A stretch of DNA of 37,695 nt from Acidobacteriota bacterium (GCA_003224075.1 QHYF01000013.1:1-37695); one strand, 5' to 3'; shown: positions 8,126 to 17,856, counted from the stretch's first letter. A program made the numbers and translations. Notes: generated by a model not told the origin, from the letters alone.

Positions 8126-8701
8126 ATGAAAACGCTCGCCGAATACCTTGACCTCGCCACGCAAGCCCACGGCCACCTTTGCGCCGGGCAGGTCCTCGGG
8201 GTGCGCCTCGCGATGCTCGGTCTGCGCGAACTCGGCATCGACGACCCCACCGCTGAGCGCAAGCGCCTCGTCACCTACGTTGAAATCGACCGCTGCGTCA
8301 CCGACGCTGTCGCGCTCGTCGCGAATTGCCGCCTCGGCAAGCGCGCCCTGAAATTCCGCGACTGGGGCAAAGTCGCCGCCACCTTCGTCGATCTAAAAAA
8401 CGGCCGCGCGGTCCGCATCGCCGCGAAGGAATCTTCTAAACAAACGGCCCGCGAAATGTTCCCCGGACTCGAAAAGGAGGCCGGCCAGCAAAAAGCCTAC
8501 GCGCAACTTTCCGATGACGTTCTTTTCGACAAGCAATGGGTCAAGGTGAAAGTTGCGCCTGAAGATCTCCCCGGCTTCAAAGGCCCGCGTGTGGTCTGCG
8601 CCCAATGCGGCGAGGGAATCAACTTCAACCGTGAAGTCCTCGTCAACGGGCGCACCCTCTGCCGCTCCTGCGCTGGCGAACGCTATTACGAGCGCTTGTA
8701 G
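8126..8701 (+). CDS. FmdE-family (FwdE-like) protein with C-terminal C4 zinc finger
   Basis: HGHLCAGQVLGVR, VEIDRCVTDAV, CRLGKRALKFRDWGKVAATF; C-terminal CAQCGE...LCRSC. Confidence 0.88.
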   Translation: MKTLAEYLDLATQAHGHLCAGQVLGVRLAMLGLRELGIDDPTAERKRLVTYVEIDRCVTDAVALVANCRLGKRALKFRDWGKVAATFVDLKNGRAVRIAAKESSKQTAREMFPGLEKEAGQQKAYAQLSDDVLFDKQWVKVKVAPEDLPGFKGPRVVCAQCGEGINFNREVLVNGRTLCRSCAGERYYERL

Positions 8702-8730
8702 CGCCTGTCTCACGAGGGATCCTGTTTCCA

Positions 8731-9162
8731 TCATATTGATTGTTCCTGGTTGCCAGAGGGTTGATCGCGGTGCTCTCGGCGAAGTTCGCCCAGGCGAACG
8801 AACACAAACGCCAGCAGAGCGAAAACGAAAAACACGAGCAGCATCCAGGCAATGCCTTGAAGTGTCTCGATGGCTGTACGATAGATCTCGAAAACCCATC
8901 GGTCGAAACCGAGCGAGACTGTCTGGACTTCCCGGCCGCCGAGCATCGGGGTGATGTATTTCTCGAGATCACGAAGCTGCACGCCAGCGGACACTCCCAC
9001 CACGAGAATCGCGAATTTCAGGTATTTCGACCAAGCGGCGCTGATTTCATCGGCGATGATGCGTCGCAACACACTGTCGATCGGCTTGGTGAACAAGCGC
9101 ATCACGACAATCGACACAAAAAGAGCCACAGCGCAAGTAGCAAAGAGTAAAAAGAGGAACAT
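8731..9162 (-). CDS. Hypothetical integral membrane protein (about 3 TM)
   Basis: 143-aa ORF with SD GAGGTG and three hydrophobic segments; fills the gap between fmdE-like and PBP1A genes. Confidence 0.75.
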   Translation of the reverse strand: MFLFLLFATCAVALFVSIVVMRLFTKPIDSVLRRIIADEISAAWSKYLKFAILVVGVSAGVQLRDLEKYITPMLGGREVQTVSLGFDRWVFEIYRTAIETLQGIAWMLLVFFVFALLAFVFVRLGELRREHRDQPSGNQEQSI

Positions 9163-9328
9163 GGGAGATCACCTCAAAGCCGATTCGTCGAATTCATCTG
9201 CAAACGAGGATGCCGGGACGCTCGCAGCCTTCTACTATAAGGGATTCTCGTTCTGTTTCCTTCTTCACGGCATCAAACCCCATGGAAGGAGTCTTCGCAG
9301 TTCCTTTATGCGCTAAGATGATGCTTTC

Positions 9329-11635
9329 ATGCTGAGTCTGCCTCCGATCACGCTGCGCTTGCGCAGTTGGAAACTGATTGACCGCGTCGCGCTCGCCTTT
9401 CTTTTGCTTTGCTCCATCGTGCTGGGCGCGGCTTGCGGCTTGCTCTTCGTTTACGCCAGCGATCTGCCCGAAATTCGCGCGCTGGAAACGTATCGCCCCA
9501 CAGTTGTCACCGAGATCTACGCCGATGACGGCCAGCTTGTCGGGAGCTTCGCGCTGCAACGCCGCATCTTGATGACCTACGAGCAGTGTCCCAGGGTCCT
9601 CTACAATGCCGTCACCGCCATCGAGGACCAGCACTTCGAGGAGCACTGGGGAATCGACTTTCCGCGCATCTTCAGCACCGCTTTCCGAAATCTCGTGAAG
9701 CGCCGCATCACCGGCGGCGCCAGCACTATCAGCATGCAGCTGGCGGGTAATCTCTTTCTCGACCGCAGCGACCGCAGCTTCCGGCGCAAAATGCAAGAAA
9801 TGCTTCTAGCGCTGCAAATCGAGCGCCGCTATACCAAGCCGCAAATCTTCACCATGTACGCCAATCAGGTGTACCTCGCGCACGGCAATTACGGTTTCGC
9901 TGCCGCGGCACAATTTTATTTCGGCAAACCCGTAACCGATCTGAAGGCCCAGGAAGCCGCGCTCCTCGCCGGCATGGTCAACGGCCCGAAATTCTCTCCA
10001 CTCTCCAATCCCGAAGCTGCGCTCGCGCGCCGCAACCTGGTGATGCATCGCATGGAAGAGGAAGGGAAAATCACGCCCGCAGAAGAAGCGGCCGCTAGAA
10101 AATCGCCGCTCGGCCTGCACATTCAATACCCGCGCAACGACCTCGCGCCATACTTTTTCGAAGATATCCGCAAGTATCTCGAAGCCACTTACGGCACGGA
10201 AGCCGTCCACGAGCGCGGCTTGCGTGTTTACACCACGCTGAACATCAACATGCAGCGCGTCGCCAATCAGGCTCTTCGCGATGGTTTGCACAGTTACGAA
10301 CGCCGCCACGGATGGAAAGGCAACTTGCCCAATGTTTTGCGGGACAATCTCGGAAAGCTCGACACCTACGAAGACGACGACTGGCACCACGCCATCGAAA
10401 AAGGAAGTTACGCCACCGGCTTGGTCCTTAGCGTCGAGGAAAAAAACGCGATCATCAAGATCGGCCCTTACCGCGCGATTCTCTCCTCCGGCGATTTCGC
10501 CTGGACCGGCCGCAAGAAACCAGCCGATTTGCTGAAAGTCGGCGACCTGGCCCAATTCTCCATTCAGGAACTGCGTGACACCACGGTTCGCGTGCAGCTC
10601 GAACAGCAGCCCGGCCCGCAGGGTGCGCTGCTCGCCGTCGACAATGCCACCGGCGAAATCAAAGCCATGGTCGGCGGCTACAGCTTTGAAGATTCAAAAT
10701 TCAACCGCGCGACACAAGCGGTTCGCCAGGTCGGCAGCTCTTTCAAGGTTTATGTGTATGCTGACGCCCTCGAGAAAGGCGCCTCGCCGTTTGACACCAT
10801 CGTGGACACGCCTTTTACCGCACTCAGCGGCGGCCAGCCCTATTCGCCTCGCAATTACGATGAAAGATTTGAAGGCACCATCACGCTGCGGCGCGCCTTG
10901 GCCGGCTCGCGCAACGTTCCCGCGGTGAAGCTTGCAGAAAAGGTCGGCATCAACACGGTCGTGGATATGGCCAAGCGCTTCGGTATCACCACGCCGCTTC
11001 CACCCTACCTGCCGCTGGCCCTCGGCGCCGCGGACATGAGGCTCGTCGAACACGTCTCTGCGTTCACTGTTTTCCCGAACGACGGCATTCGCATTGACCC
11101 GCACATGATTCGCCGCGTCACCAGCTACGACGGCGCGCTCCTTGAAGAATCGCATCCTGAGGTGCATGACGTCCTTTCGCCGGACGTGGCGCGCACCATG
11201 ACCGCCATGCTCGAGGAAGTTATCCAATTCGGCACCGGCGTCCAGGCTAAAGCTCTGGGCCGCACCGCCGCCGGCAAAACCGGAACCACGCAGGACTACA
11301 CCGATGCCTGGTTTGTGGGTTTCACCCCGCAACTCACCGCCGGCGCGTGGGTGGGCTTCGACGACAAACAAGTCTCACTCGGCAAGCGAGAAACCGGGGC
11401 GCGGGCGGCACTTCCCATTTGGCTCGAATTCATGCAGGGTGCACTGGCAGGAACCCCAGTGACGGATTTTCCGAATGTTGTCCCGCTCGAGCAACAGGTC
11501 GCCGAGCATCACGTTAACGTAGACACCCCTGACACCGCTCCCACGGAGGACGAGCCTGCCGCGCCCAAGGAGAAACCGCCAGCCGCACCGCCTCCCACGA
11601 AAACGGGGACGGGAAATGCGACCAGCACTCCGTAG
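9329..11635 (+). CDS. mrcA: Class A penicillin-binding protein 1A (transglycosylase/transpeptidase)
   Basis: N-terminal TM; glycosyltransferase motifs EDQHF, GASTISMQL, RKMQE; transpeptidase motifs SSFK, SRN, KTGT; Pro-rich tail. Confidence 0.93.
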   Translation: MLSLPPITLRLRSWKLIDRVALAFLLLCSIVLGAACGLLFVYASDLPEIRALETYRPTVVTEIYADDGQLVGSFALQRRILMTYEQCPRVLYNAVTAIEDQHFEEHWGIDFPRIFSTAFRNLVKRRITGGASTISMQLAGNLFLDRSDRSFRRKMQEMLLALQIERRYTKPQIFTMYANQVYLAHGNYGFAAAAQFYFGKPVTDLKAQEAALLAGMVNGPKFSPLSNPEAALARRNLVMHRMEEEGKITPAEEAAARKSPLGLHIQYPRNDLAPYFFEDIRKYLEATYGTEAVHERGLRVYTTLNINMQRVANQALRDGLHSYERRHGWKGNLPNVLRDNLGKLDTYEDDDWHHAIEKGSYATGLVLSVEEKNAIIKIGPYRAILSSGDFAWTGRKKPADLLKVGDLAQFSIQELRDTTVRVQLEQQPGPQGALLAVDNATGEIKAMVGGYSFEDSKFNRATQAVRQVGSSFKVYVYADALEKGASPFDTIVDTPFTALSGGQPYSPRNYDERFEGTITLRRALAGSRNVPAVKLAEKVGINTVVDMAKRFGITTPLPPYLPLALGAADMRLVEHVSAFTVFPNDGIRIDPHMIRRVTSYDGALLEESHPEVHDVLSPDVARTMTAMLEEVIQFGTGVQAKALGRTAAGKTGTTQDYTDAWFVGFTPQLTAGAWVGFDDKQVSLGKRETGARAALPIWLEFMQGALAGTPVTDFPNVVPLEQQVAEHHVNVDTPDTAPTEDEPAAPKEKPPAAPPPTKTGTGNATSTP

Positions 11636-11735
11636 TGCCGCCGAGCCTGCGCCGAACAGAATGTTTCGTGCCATGCAGAAGGCGCTATTTTTCCGCGAAA
11701 AGAGCGGATAGGTTCCTAGAATTCTTCCGTCAGTT

Positions 11736-12692
11736 TTACCCACGAAATGGATCCCAACCTCCAGGAACCAGGCGTTGCTCAGGTCCATCGGCCAGAATCA
11801 CAACAGGCCTCTGACCTCGAGTGATTTCACCAATCGCGGTGAGGGGAACGCCCCGAAATCGCTGGGGTAGCCGGTTCGCAAAGCGCCTGGGAACGGTGAA
11901 GAGCAATTCATAGTCGTCCCCGCCGTGCAAAGCTAGTTGAAGGAGATCGAGCGCTTGCTTGCCATGAACGGCCGGTTTCTTTACCAACGGGATCTTTGCG
12001 CTCTCCACGCGCGCCCCGACGCCGCCGGCAGCACACAGCCGTGGGAGATCGCTGGACAACCCGTCAGAGAGGTCCATCATCGCTGTGGCCAAGCCTCTTT
12101 TCGCCAACCACTCGCCTAACGCGACGCGAGGATCCGGGTAGAGATGCTTTCTGATCAGTGGATTTTTTTCACTCACAACTCCCTTGCATTGCCTCAGGAG
12201 TTGCTGACCCAATTCCGCTTCGCCCAGCCGCCCGCTGACGTAGAGAACGTCGCCCGCCCGCGCTCCCGACCGCAGGACCGCATGACCGGAACGCACTTCG
12301 CCCACGACTGTTACATTGATCAGGATTTCCTGCCGCCGCGTGGTGTCCCCGCCCGCCAGCGCACACTGGAACTTGCGGGACGCGCGCCGCAATCCACCTA
12401 GGAACAGATCCAGCCACGGCCCGGTGTGCGATTCGGGCAAGGCCAGGCTCAGGAGAAAACATCGCGGCATTCCCCCCATTGCTGCCACATCGCTGACCGC
12501 TCGCAAGAAATGCGTCCCTTCCAGGAACCAGTCGCACGTCAGAATCATTTCGTGTCCAGGTTTCGGTTTGAAAAGTGCGGCGTCGTCGCCGATTCCCCTC
12601 GCGAGAATCCGGAGCTCCTTCTTTGCCAGCGGACCGGCCGCTTGCGCAATCTTCTTCAGAAGGGAATTCTCGTCGGGATATTGAGGTGACAT
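11736..12692 (-). CDS. thiL: Thiamine-monophosphate kinase, with apparent ~14-aa in-frame internal deletion
   Basis: GIGDDAA, SDVAAMGG, GGDTT, AMMDLSDGLSSDL, GGDDYELLFT, GWDPF; start chosen at ATG 12692. Confidence 0.9.
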   Translation of the reverse strand: MSPQYPDENSLLKKIAQAAGPLAKKELRILARGIGDDAALFKPKPGHEMILTCDWFLEGTHFLRAVSDVAAMGGMPRCFLLSLALPESHTGPWLDLFLGGLRRASRKFQCALAGGDTTRRQEILINVTVVGEVRSGHAVLRSGARAGDVLYVSGRLGEAELGQQLLRQCKGVVSEKNPLIRKHLYPDPRVALGEWLAKRGLATAMMDLSDGLSSDLPRLCAAGGVGARVESAKIPLVKKPAVHGKQALDLLQLALHGGDDYELLFTVPRRFANRLPQRFRGVPLTAIGEITRGQRPVVILADGPEQRLVPGGWDPFRG

Positions 12693-12870
12693 GATTCTGT
12701 CTCGTGCACTCGGATCATCTGGAGCGACAGTATATCGCCCAACCAAGCCCTACCGTGCCCGAGCTGCAAGTCCCGGTTTGGCGAAGTCCTAAGCCGAAGG
12801 GCAATCCACCTGTCCTTTAGTACAGGGAACAGGTCGGCACGACCTGGCCTTCGGACCGCAAAATACAGGG

Positions 12871-12900
12871 TTGACGGGAAAACCCTATAGAAACTACTAT
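12871..12900 (+). promoter_or_regulatory. Putative sigma70 promoter for M23 peptidase
   Basis: TTGACG (12871-12876) - 18 nt - TACTAT (12895-12900). Confidence 0.45.
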
Positions 12901-13018
12901 GGGTAATGTCGCGGACCAAGGCTCGCGGTTCAGATGTGGGACAAGTTCCGGTTCCTGCGGGTGCCAGGTTAGAATCGTCCGCGGCCGTCAATCTCGGAGG
13001 CCTGAGGGCGCTGTAGCC

Positions 13019-13900
13019 ATGAGAGGTAAAAGCTACACCTTCTTTATCGCATCGACTCCGGGCAAACTCCGGAAAGTCATCGTACCCGCTTATATACTGC
13101 ACGGAATCGCCGTACTAGCCCTCATTGGGGCAATCAGCGTAACAGCAGCCGTCGGCGCTTACTCCCGAATGCTCTGGAAGGTCAGCAACTACAATGCCCT
13201 CCGCCATGACCAGGAAACCCTCAAGAAGCAGTACCGGCAACTCCAAAGCACCGTGAACGACACCAACCAGCGGCTCGATTCCCTCCAATCTCTCGCGACC
13301 GAAGTGGCCATGACCTACGGCGTGTTGCGCTACCATCCCGCCGCTTTCGACCAGAGCGATAATCCTATTGACGCGCAGGACGCGTTCGACCGCTCGATCG
13401 AGCAGTACACCTTCTTGAAGCGCAATGCCTCGGTGATTGCTGTCTCCAGCGGCGGACTCCATTTGCTCTCGGCCATGAGTTTTGCCAATTCCAGTTACAC
13501 GCCGGCGATCTGGCCGGTCATGGGCCACATCACGGCTAGCTTCGGCGAGCGCCTGGATCCGTTCAGCGGTGAAGGCGCCTTCCATACCGGCGTCGATGTG
13601 GCCTCTGATTACGGCGCTCCGGTTCACGCGACCGCGGACGGAGTGATTACTATCGCAGCGAATCATGCTGGGTACGGCCGCTTGGTGGTCGTCGACCACG
13701 GCTTTGGCCTTACCACCTGGTACGCGCACCTTTCGGCGTTTTCGGCGGTCCCGGGCGCCCGCGTGAAACGCGGCGAAGTGGTGGGCTACGCTGGCATCAG
13801 CGGCCGTTCCACGGGCCCGCACGTTCACTACGAAGTGCGTATGAACAACGCGCCAATCAACCCGTGGCGCTACATGAAGTCCACTCCCGCCGGCGACTGA
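13019..13900 (+). CDS. M23-family metallopeptidase (peptidoglycan endopeptidase) with N-terminal TM and coiled coil
   Basis: HTGVD (HxxxD), YAHLS and GRSTGPHVHYEV (HxH); start at MRGKSYTFF with GGAGG/GAGG upstream. Confidence 0.92.
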   Translation: MRGKSYTFFIASTPGKLRKVIVPAYILHGIAVLALIGAISVTAAVGAYSRMLWKVSNYNALRHDQETLKKQYRQLQSTVNDTNQRLDSLQSLATEVAMTYGVLRYHPAAFDQSDNPIDAQDAFDRSIEQYTFLKRNASVIAVSSGGLHLLSAMSFANSSYTPAIWPVMGHITASFGERLDPFSGEGAFHTGVDVASDYGAPVHATADGVITIAANHAGYGRLVVVDHGFGLTTWYAHLSAFSAVPGARVKRGEVVGYAGISGRSTGPHVHYEVRMNNAPINPWRYMKSTPAGD

Positions 13901-13942
13901 ACTTTCCCTTCGAACAAAACCACCTGACGGGAGCGAAGCAGC

Positions 13943-13964
13943 GGTGCATCAATTGATGCCCTAC
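13943..13964 (-). repeat. GTAG-led palindromic REP-like element
   Basis: Perfect 14-bp palindrome GCATCAATTGATGC (13946-13959); minus strand reads GTAGG-GCATCAATTGATGC-ACC; GGTGCATCA recurs at 14040-14048. Confidence 0.45.
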
Positions 13965-14203
13965 TTTAATGCCCAAAACTCTGCCCTGAATCACCGAATG
14001 ATGGTAGTGGAATCCTGCATAGATCCGCGCCCTCAACTTGGTGCATCAGGTCAGCGGCGCCGGTGAAGTTGTGCGTCGTATGAGTGACCAAGCTATCCAC
14101 AGAGAACTGCAGATTTGGAGTTGGCGCAATGAGGGCAGCTTCGCCGTGATGTCCTGGTTCGGACTCAATGGGTGTACACGTTCTCCGACCACCGTAGGGA
14201 GGC

Positions 14204-15268
14204 CTAACTGCGTGGAGATCTCTTTCTGGGTGCCTTCTTTGGCGTAGAGTCGGGCGAAGGCTCGGCCAAAGCGGGAGTCACTTGCCTTGCTGTCTCCAGA
14301 AACTTAGGAGTTATTTCGAAGACGAGCCGGACAGATTTCGTATCACCGCGGTCGATTTTCGAAACATCCGTGCTCTTCAATAGTTCGAGGTAAGCCTCAC
14401 GAGTGGCGGGATCCAATTGCTGCCTTGTCGTGGCATCATTTAATCCCGTCTCCGCTAACATCACCACTCCGTTCAGCAGATCGGCAAGTTGCCGAGCTGT
14501 GGCCTCAGCTGGGCATTCTCCTTCCGCGACCACGCGCAGGCGGTCGTTTTCCGGCTTTCCTGCCAGCGTGATCCACTGGAGTTGATCAAGCAATGAGGAG
14601 AGCTGCGGGGAGCGCAGGCCACCGGGAGCTTGCGCGGCCAGCGCGGCGCCATCCTGGCGGATCACCGCAAATACGGGTGAGCCGGCCAGCCGCTCGAATC
14701 GAGAGCGCCATTCCGCAACGCCTCCCCCGCGTTTACTCGCGCCAAGGTAAATGCCGAGATCCGCATCGTCGGTCAGCGCGATCCAGTTATTCCTCAAGAA
14801 GGTGAAAGAAATTTTCTGCGCGCTTCCACTCACGGGCACGGAAAAAATCTCGCGTCCGGCATTCTGTGTGACCGCCCCGTTTTTCGAGGCGTACGCGGAG
14901 ATTCTTTCTCGATCGAATTTTCCATCCACGGCGGCGAAGAGAGTCGAGTCTTGCCCGCGCTTCTCAACTGCAATGGCAATGTGATCAAGATCCCGCTCGT
15001 AATCGAAACCAGTCTCCTTAATGAATTGCGCGTAGTCGGGATTCGTCTGCGGTTTCGGCGCCCAAGCGTATAGTTCGCCAATGAACGGGGCGCGACGCAA
15101 TTCCTCGAAATCCGCGAAAAGAACTGCGTTGGCATCCGCGGGCATAAGCGCGAGCACGTCCCCGCGGGCCGCCTCATTCTGCGCAAGCCATCTTCGATAT
15201 CCGAGAAAAGCCAGTGCCGCCAGCAAGGTTACGGCTACTGCCAGTCTCATCCACAATTGCTTCTTCAT
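14204..15268 (-). CDS. Hypothetical membrane-anchored/exported protein
   Basis: ATG 15268 gives MKKQLWMRLAVAVTLLAALAFLGYRRW (signal/anchor) followed by a ~325-aa soluble domain; the upstream in-frame extension in the ORF track looks non-coding. Confidence 0.8.
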   Translation of the reverse strand: MKKQLWMRLAVAVTLLAALAFLGYRRWLAQNEAARGDVLALMPADANAVLFADFEELRRAPFIGELYAWAPKPQTNPDYAQFIKETGFDYERDLDHIAIAVEKRGQDSTLFAAVDGKFDRERISAYASKNGAVTQNAGREIFSVPVSGSAQKISFTFLRNNWIALTDDADLGIYLGASKRGGGVAEWRSRFERLAGSPVFAVIRQDGAALAAQAPGGLRSPQLSSLLDQLQWITLAGKPENDRLRVVAEGECPAEATARQLADLLNGVVMLAETGLNDATTRQQLDPATREAYLELLKSTDVSKIDRGDTKSVRLVFEITPKFLETARQVTPALAEPSPDSTPKKAPRKRSPRS

Positions 15269-15488
15269 GGCATAAGCATCATCGAGACCACGAACTGACA
15301 CGAAAATCCGCACCCCAGATGACACTCTGGACGACAGATACCTGGGCTTTGATTCTTGGCCGTGACAGAGGTCCGAGTTTCTGCTAAAGTGCAGATGATA
15401 AGCAGGATAGCGAGTGCAAACCTGGATACAGAGGCTTCGGTTTTCCACAGAGCTGGTCACCTGCGTGCTGCAAATGGGGCAACAGCCC

Positions 15489-15518
15489 TTGCAATTCTTA
15501 TACCTCTTCTGCTATCTT
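15489..15518 (+). promoter_or_regulatory. Promoter of tRNA-tuf operon (extended -10)
   Basis: TTGCAA (15489-15494) - 18 nt - TATCTT (15513-15518) with TG at 15510-15511; 17 nt before tRNA-Thr. Confidence 0.65.
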
Positions 15519-15535
15519 AACTTCGTTCGAGCGGC

Positions 15536-15611
15536 GCTGGCGTAGCTCAGCTGGTAGAGCATCTGATTTGTAATCAGAGGGTCGGGGGTTCAATTCCCTC
15601 CGCCAGCTCCA
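15536..15611 (+). tRNA. tRNA-Thr(TGT)
   Basis: Acceptor GCTGGCG/CGCCAGC, anticodon arm TCTGA-TTTGTAA-TCAGA, GTTCAATTC T-loop, encoded CCA. Confidence 0.97.
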
Positions 15612-15776
15612 CCAGAGATTTTGCAGGGGGAGTGAGGCGGAGCGAATCCTGGAAGCAAAAACGAACGGGCTGGTGTCTCTTGACACGAGTCCTTTTTGTG
15701 TTTTTACGAGGAACGCCTGCAAGTCGTTGAAGGACAAGTTCGGGACTCGTGATTCGTGTCTCAAAGAGTTTTCGCG

Positions 15777-15865
15777 GGACGGGTGGGTGAGTGGCTAAAA
15801 CCAGCAGACTGTAAATCTGCCGCTCCTTGCGGGCTACGAAGGTTCGAATCCTTCCCCGTCCACCA
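15777..15865 (+). tRNA. tRNA-Tyr(GTA)
   Basis: Acceptor GGACGGG/CCCGTCC, GCAGA-CTGTAAA-TCTGC, long variable arm, GGTTCGAATCC, ACCA end. Confidence 0.97.
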
Positions 15866-16036
15866 GGCTCTCGCTGTGAGGCTTGCAGAAAACCGCAGGG
15901 CAATCGCATCCAGCGTTGATCCTGGTTCGGCCAGGATCATACAAAGGGATGTTCGAACGCGGTCCGATTCGGGGCACGAGCGCCGCTCAGGAAAAGTGCG
16001 CCGCGAAGGAAGAATTTTCGTGGAAACGCAGGTTCG

Positions 16037-16112
<76 letters not shown>

Positions 16113-16198
16113 GGAATCGCTGGCTCCGAAGTGGGCGGAGCCGCATGTGGGGAGGCGCAGAATTCGCGCCTGGGAAAAAAGGGCTGGAGCAATATCGG

Positions 16199-16273
16199 GC
16201 GGGGGTAACTCAACGGTAGAGTCTCACTCTTCCAAGGTGATGGTTGCGGGTTCAAATCCCGTCCCCCGCTCCA
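16199..16273 (+). tRNA. tRNA-Gly(TCC)
   Basis: Acceptor GCGGGGG/CCCCCGC, TCACT-CTTCCAA-GGTGA, GGTTCAAATCC, TCCA end. Confidence 0.96.
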
Positions 16274-16362
16274 GATTTCGAAGTGCAGCGCCGTCGTCAG
16301 TTAGAGGCTGGCGCAGTTGATTCCGGCCCGTGCCGGATCACGAGATGAGAGGTTAAAGGAAT

Positions 16363-17550
16363 ATGGCGAAGGAGAAATTCGAGCGCAGTAAGCCACACGT
16401 GAACATTGGGACGATTGGTCACATTGACCATGGCAAGACGACGTTGACGGCGGCGATTACCAAGGTGCTGTCGAAGCACAACCCCAAGGTGCAGTTCCGG
16501 GCGTTTGATTCGATTGACAACGCGCCGGAAGAGCGCGAGCGCGGGATCACCATCGCGGTTTCGCACGTGGAGTACGAGACGGCCAACCGGCACTACGCGC
16601 ACATGGATTGTCCGGGGCATGCGGACTACATCAAGAACATGATCACCGGGGCGGCGCAGATGGACGGCGCGATTCTGGTGGTGGCGGCGACGGACGGGCC
16701 GATGCCGCAGACGCGCGAACACATTTTGCTGGCGCGGCAGGTGGGGGTGCCGGCGATTGTGGTGTTTCTGAACAAGTGCGACATGGTGGAGGACGCGGAG
16801 CTTCTGGAGCTGGTGGAGCTGGAAGTGCGCGAGCTTTTGAAGAGCTACCAGTTTCCGGGAGACAAGATTCCGGTGATCAAGGGCTCGGCGTTGCAGGCGC
16901 TGAATGGCGACGCGAAGTGGGAAAAGACGATTGACGAGTTGATGGAAGCGGTGGACAAGAACGTGCCCTTGCCGGTGCGCGATGTGGATAAGCCGTTCGC
17001 CATGCCGATCGAAGATATATTTTCGATTTCGGGGCGCGGGACGGTGGTGACGGGCCGGGTGGAGCGCGGCAAGGTGAAGGTGGGGGAGGAAGTGGAGATC
17101 GTGGGTTTCCGGGCGACGCAGAAGAAAGTGGTGACGGGGGTGGAGATGTTCCGGAAGCTATTGGACGAAGGGCTGGCGGGGGACAACGTGGGATTGCTGC
17201 TGCGGGGGACGGAGAAGGAAGACGTGGAGCGGGGGCAGGTGGTGTGCAAGCCGGGAAGCATTACCCCGCACACGAAGTTCAAGGCGGAAGCGTACGTGTT
17301 GACGAAGGAAGAAGGCGGGCGGCACACGCCGTTTTTCACGGGGTACCGGCCGCAGTTTTACTTTCGGACGACGGACGTGACGGGGGACGTGAAGCTGCCG
17401 CAGGGGGTGGAGATGGTGATGCCGGGAGACAACGTGAGCTGCGAAGTGAGCTTGATCACTCCGGTGGCGTTGGAGAAGGGCTTGCGGTTTGCGATTCGCG
17501 AAGGCGGCCACACCGTGGGCGCCGGCGCCGTCACGGAGATCCTGGAGTAA
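16363..17550 (+). CDS. tuf: Elongation factor Tu
   Basis: [52 protein letters not shown]; 395 aa. Confidence 0.99.
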   Translation: MAKEKFERSKPHVNIGTIGHIDHGKTTLTAAITKVLSKHNPKVQFRAFDSIDNAPEERERGITIAVSHVEYETANRHYAHMDCPGHADYIKNMITGAAQMDGAILVVAATDGPMPQTREHILLARQVGVPAIVVFLNKCDMVEDAELLELVELEVRELLKSYQFPGDKIPVIKGSALQALNGDAKWEKTIDELMEAVDKNVPLPVRDVDKPFAMPIEDIFSISGRGTVVTGRVERGKVKVGEEVEIVGFRATQKKVVTGVEMFRKLLDEGLAGDNVGLLLRGTEKEDVERGQVVCKPGSITPHTKFKAEAYVLTKEEGGRHTPFFTGYRPQFYFRTTDVTGDVKLPQGVEMVMPGDNVSCEVSLITPVALEKGLRFAIREGGHTVGAGAVTEILE

Positions 17551-17587
17551 AGCGTCAGGCGAGAGCGCTGGGAGAGAGAATTAGGTC

Positions 17588-17737
17588 ATGCGCGAAACGA
17601 TTACCTTGCAGTGCGGCGAATGCAAGAACCGCAATTACACGACAACGAAGAACAAGAAGAAGCATGCCGAGCGGCTGGAGACGAAGAAGTTCTGCAATAC
17701 GTGCCGCAAGCAAACGGCACACAAGGAAGTGAAGTAA
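17588..17737 (+). CDS. rpmG: 50S ribosomal protein L33 (zinc-binding C+ form)
   Basis: Manual translation [49 protein letters not shown]; 49 aa, below the ORF-track cutoff. Confidence 0.96.
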   Translation: MRETITLQCGECKNRNYTTTKNKKKHAERLETKKFCNTCRKQTAHKEVK

Positions 17738-17781
17738 GTTTTTGTATTCGCAGGAGTGAGGGAAAGACCGGATTTGAATTT

Positions 17782-17856
17782 AGGGGAGTCGTCCAACGGT
17801 CAGGACTCCGGTCTCCAAAACCGGGTATGGGGGTTCGAATCCCTCCTCCCCTGCCA
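17782..17856 (+). tRNA. tRNA-Trp(CCA)
   Basis: Acceptor AGGGGAG/CTCCCCT, CCGGT-CTCCAAA-ACCGG, G73 then CCA; canonical position between rpmG and secE. Confidence 0.96.

Noticed and set aside
8126-8701. Methanogenesis or methylamine-utilisation pathway implied by FmdE and MauE names
   Set aside because: No catalytic fmd/fwd or mauAB genes are present; both families occur widely as stand-alone proteins.
14020-14203. Possible 6S RNA or the 69-aa ORF 14038-14247
   Set aside because: I could not build the long closing stem with central bubble by eye; the ORF lacks an SD and overlaps the convergent gene.
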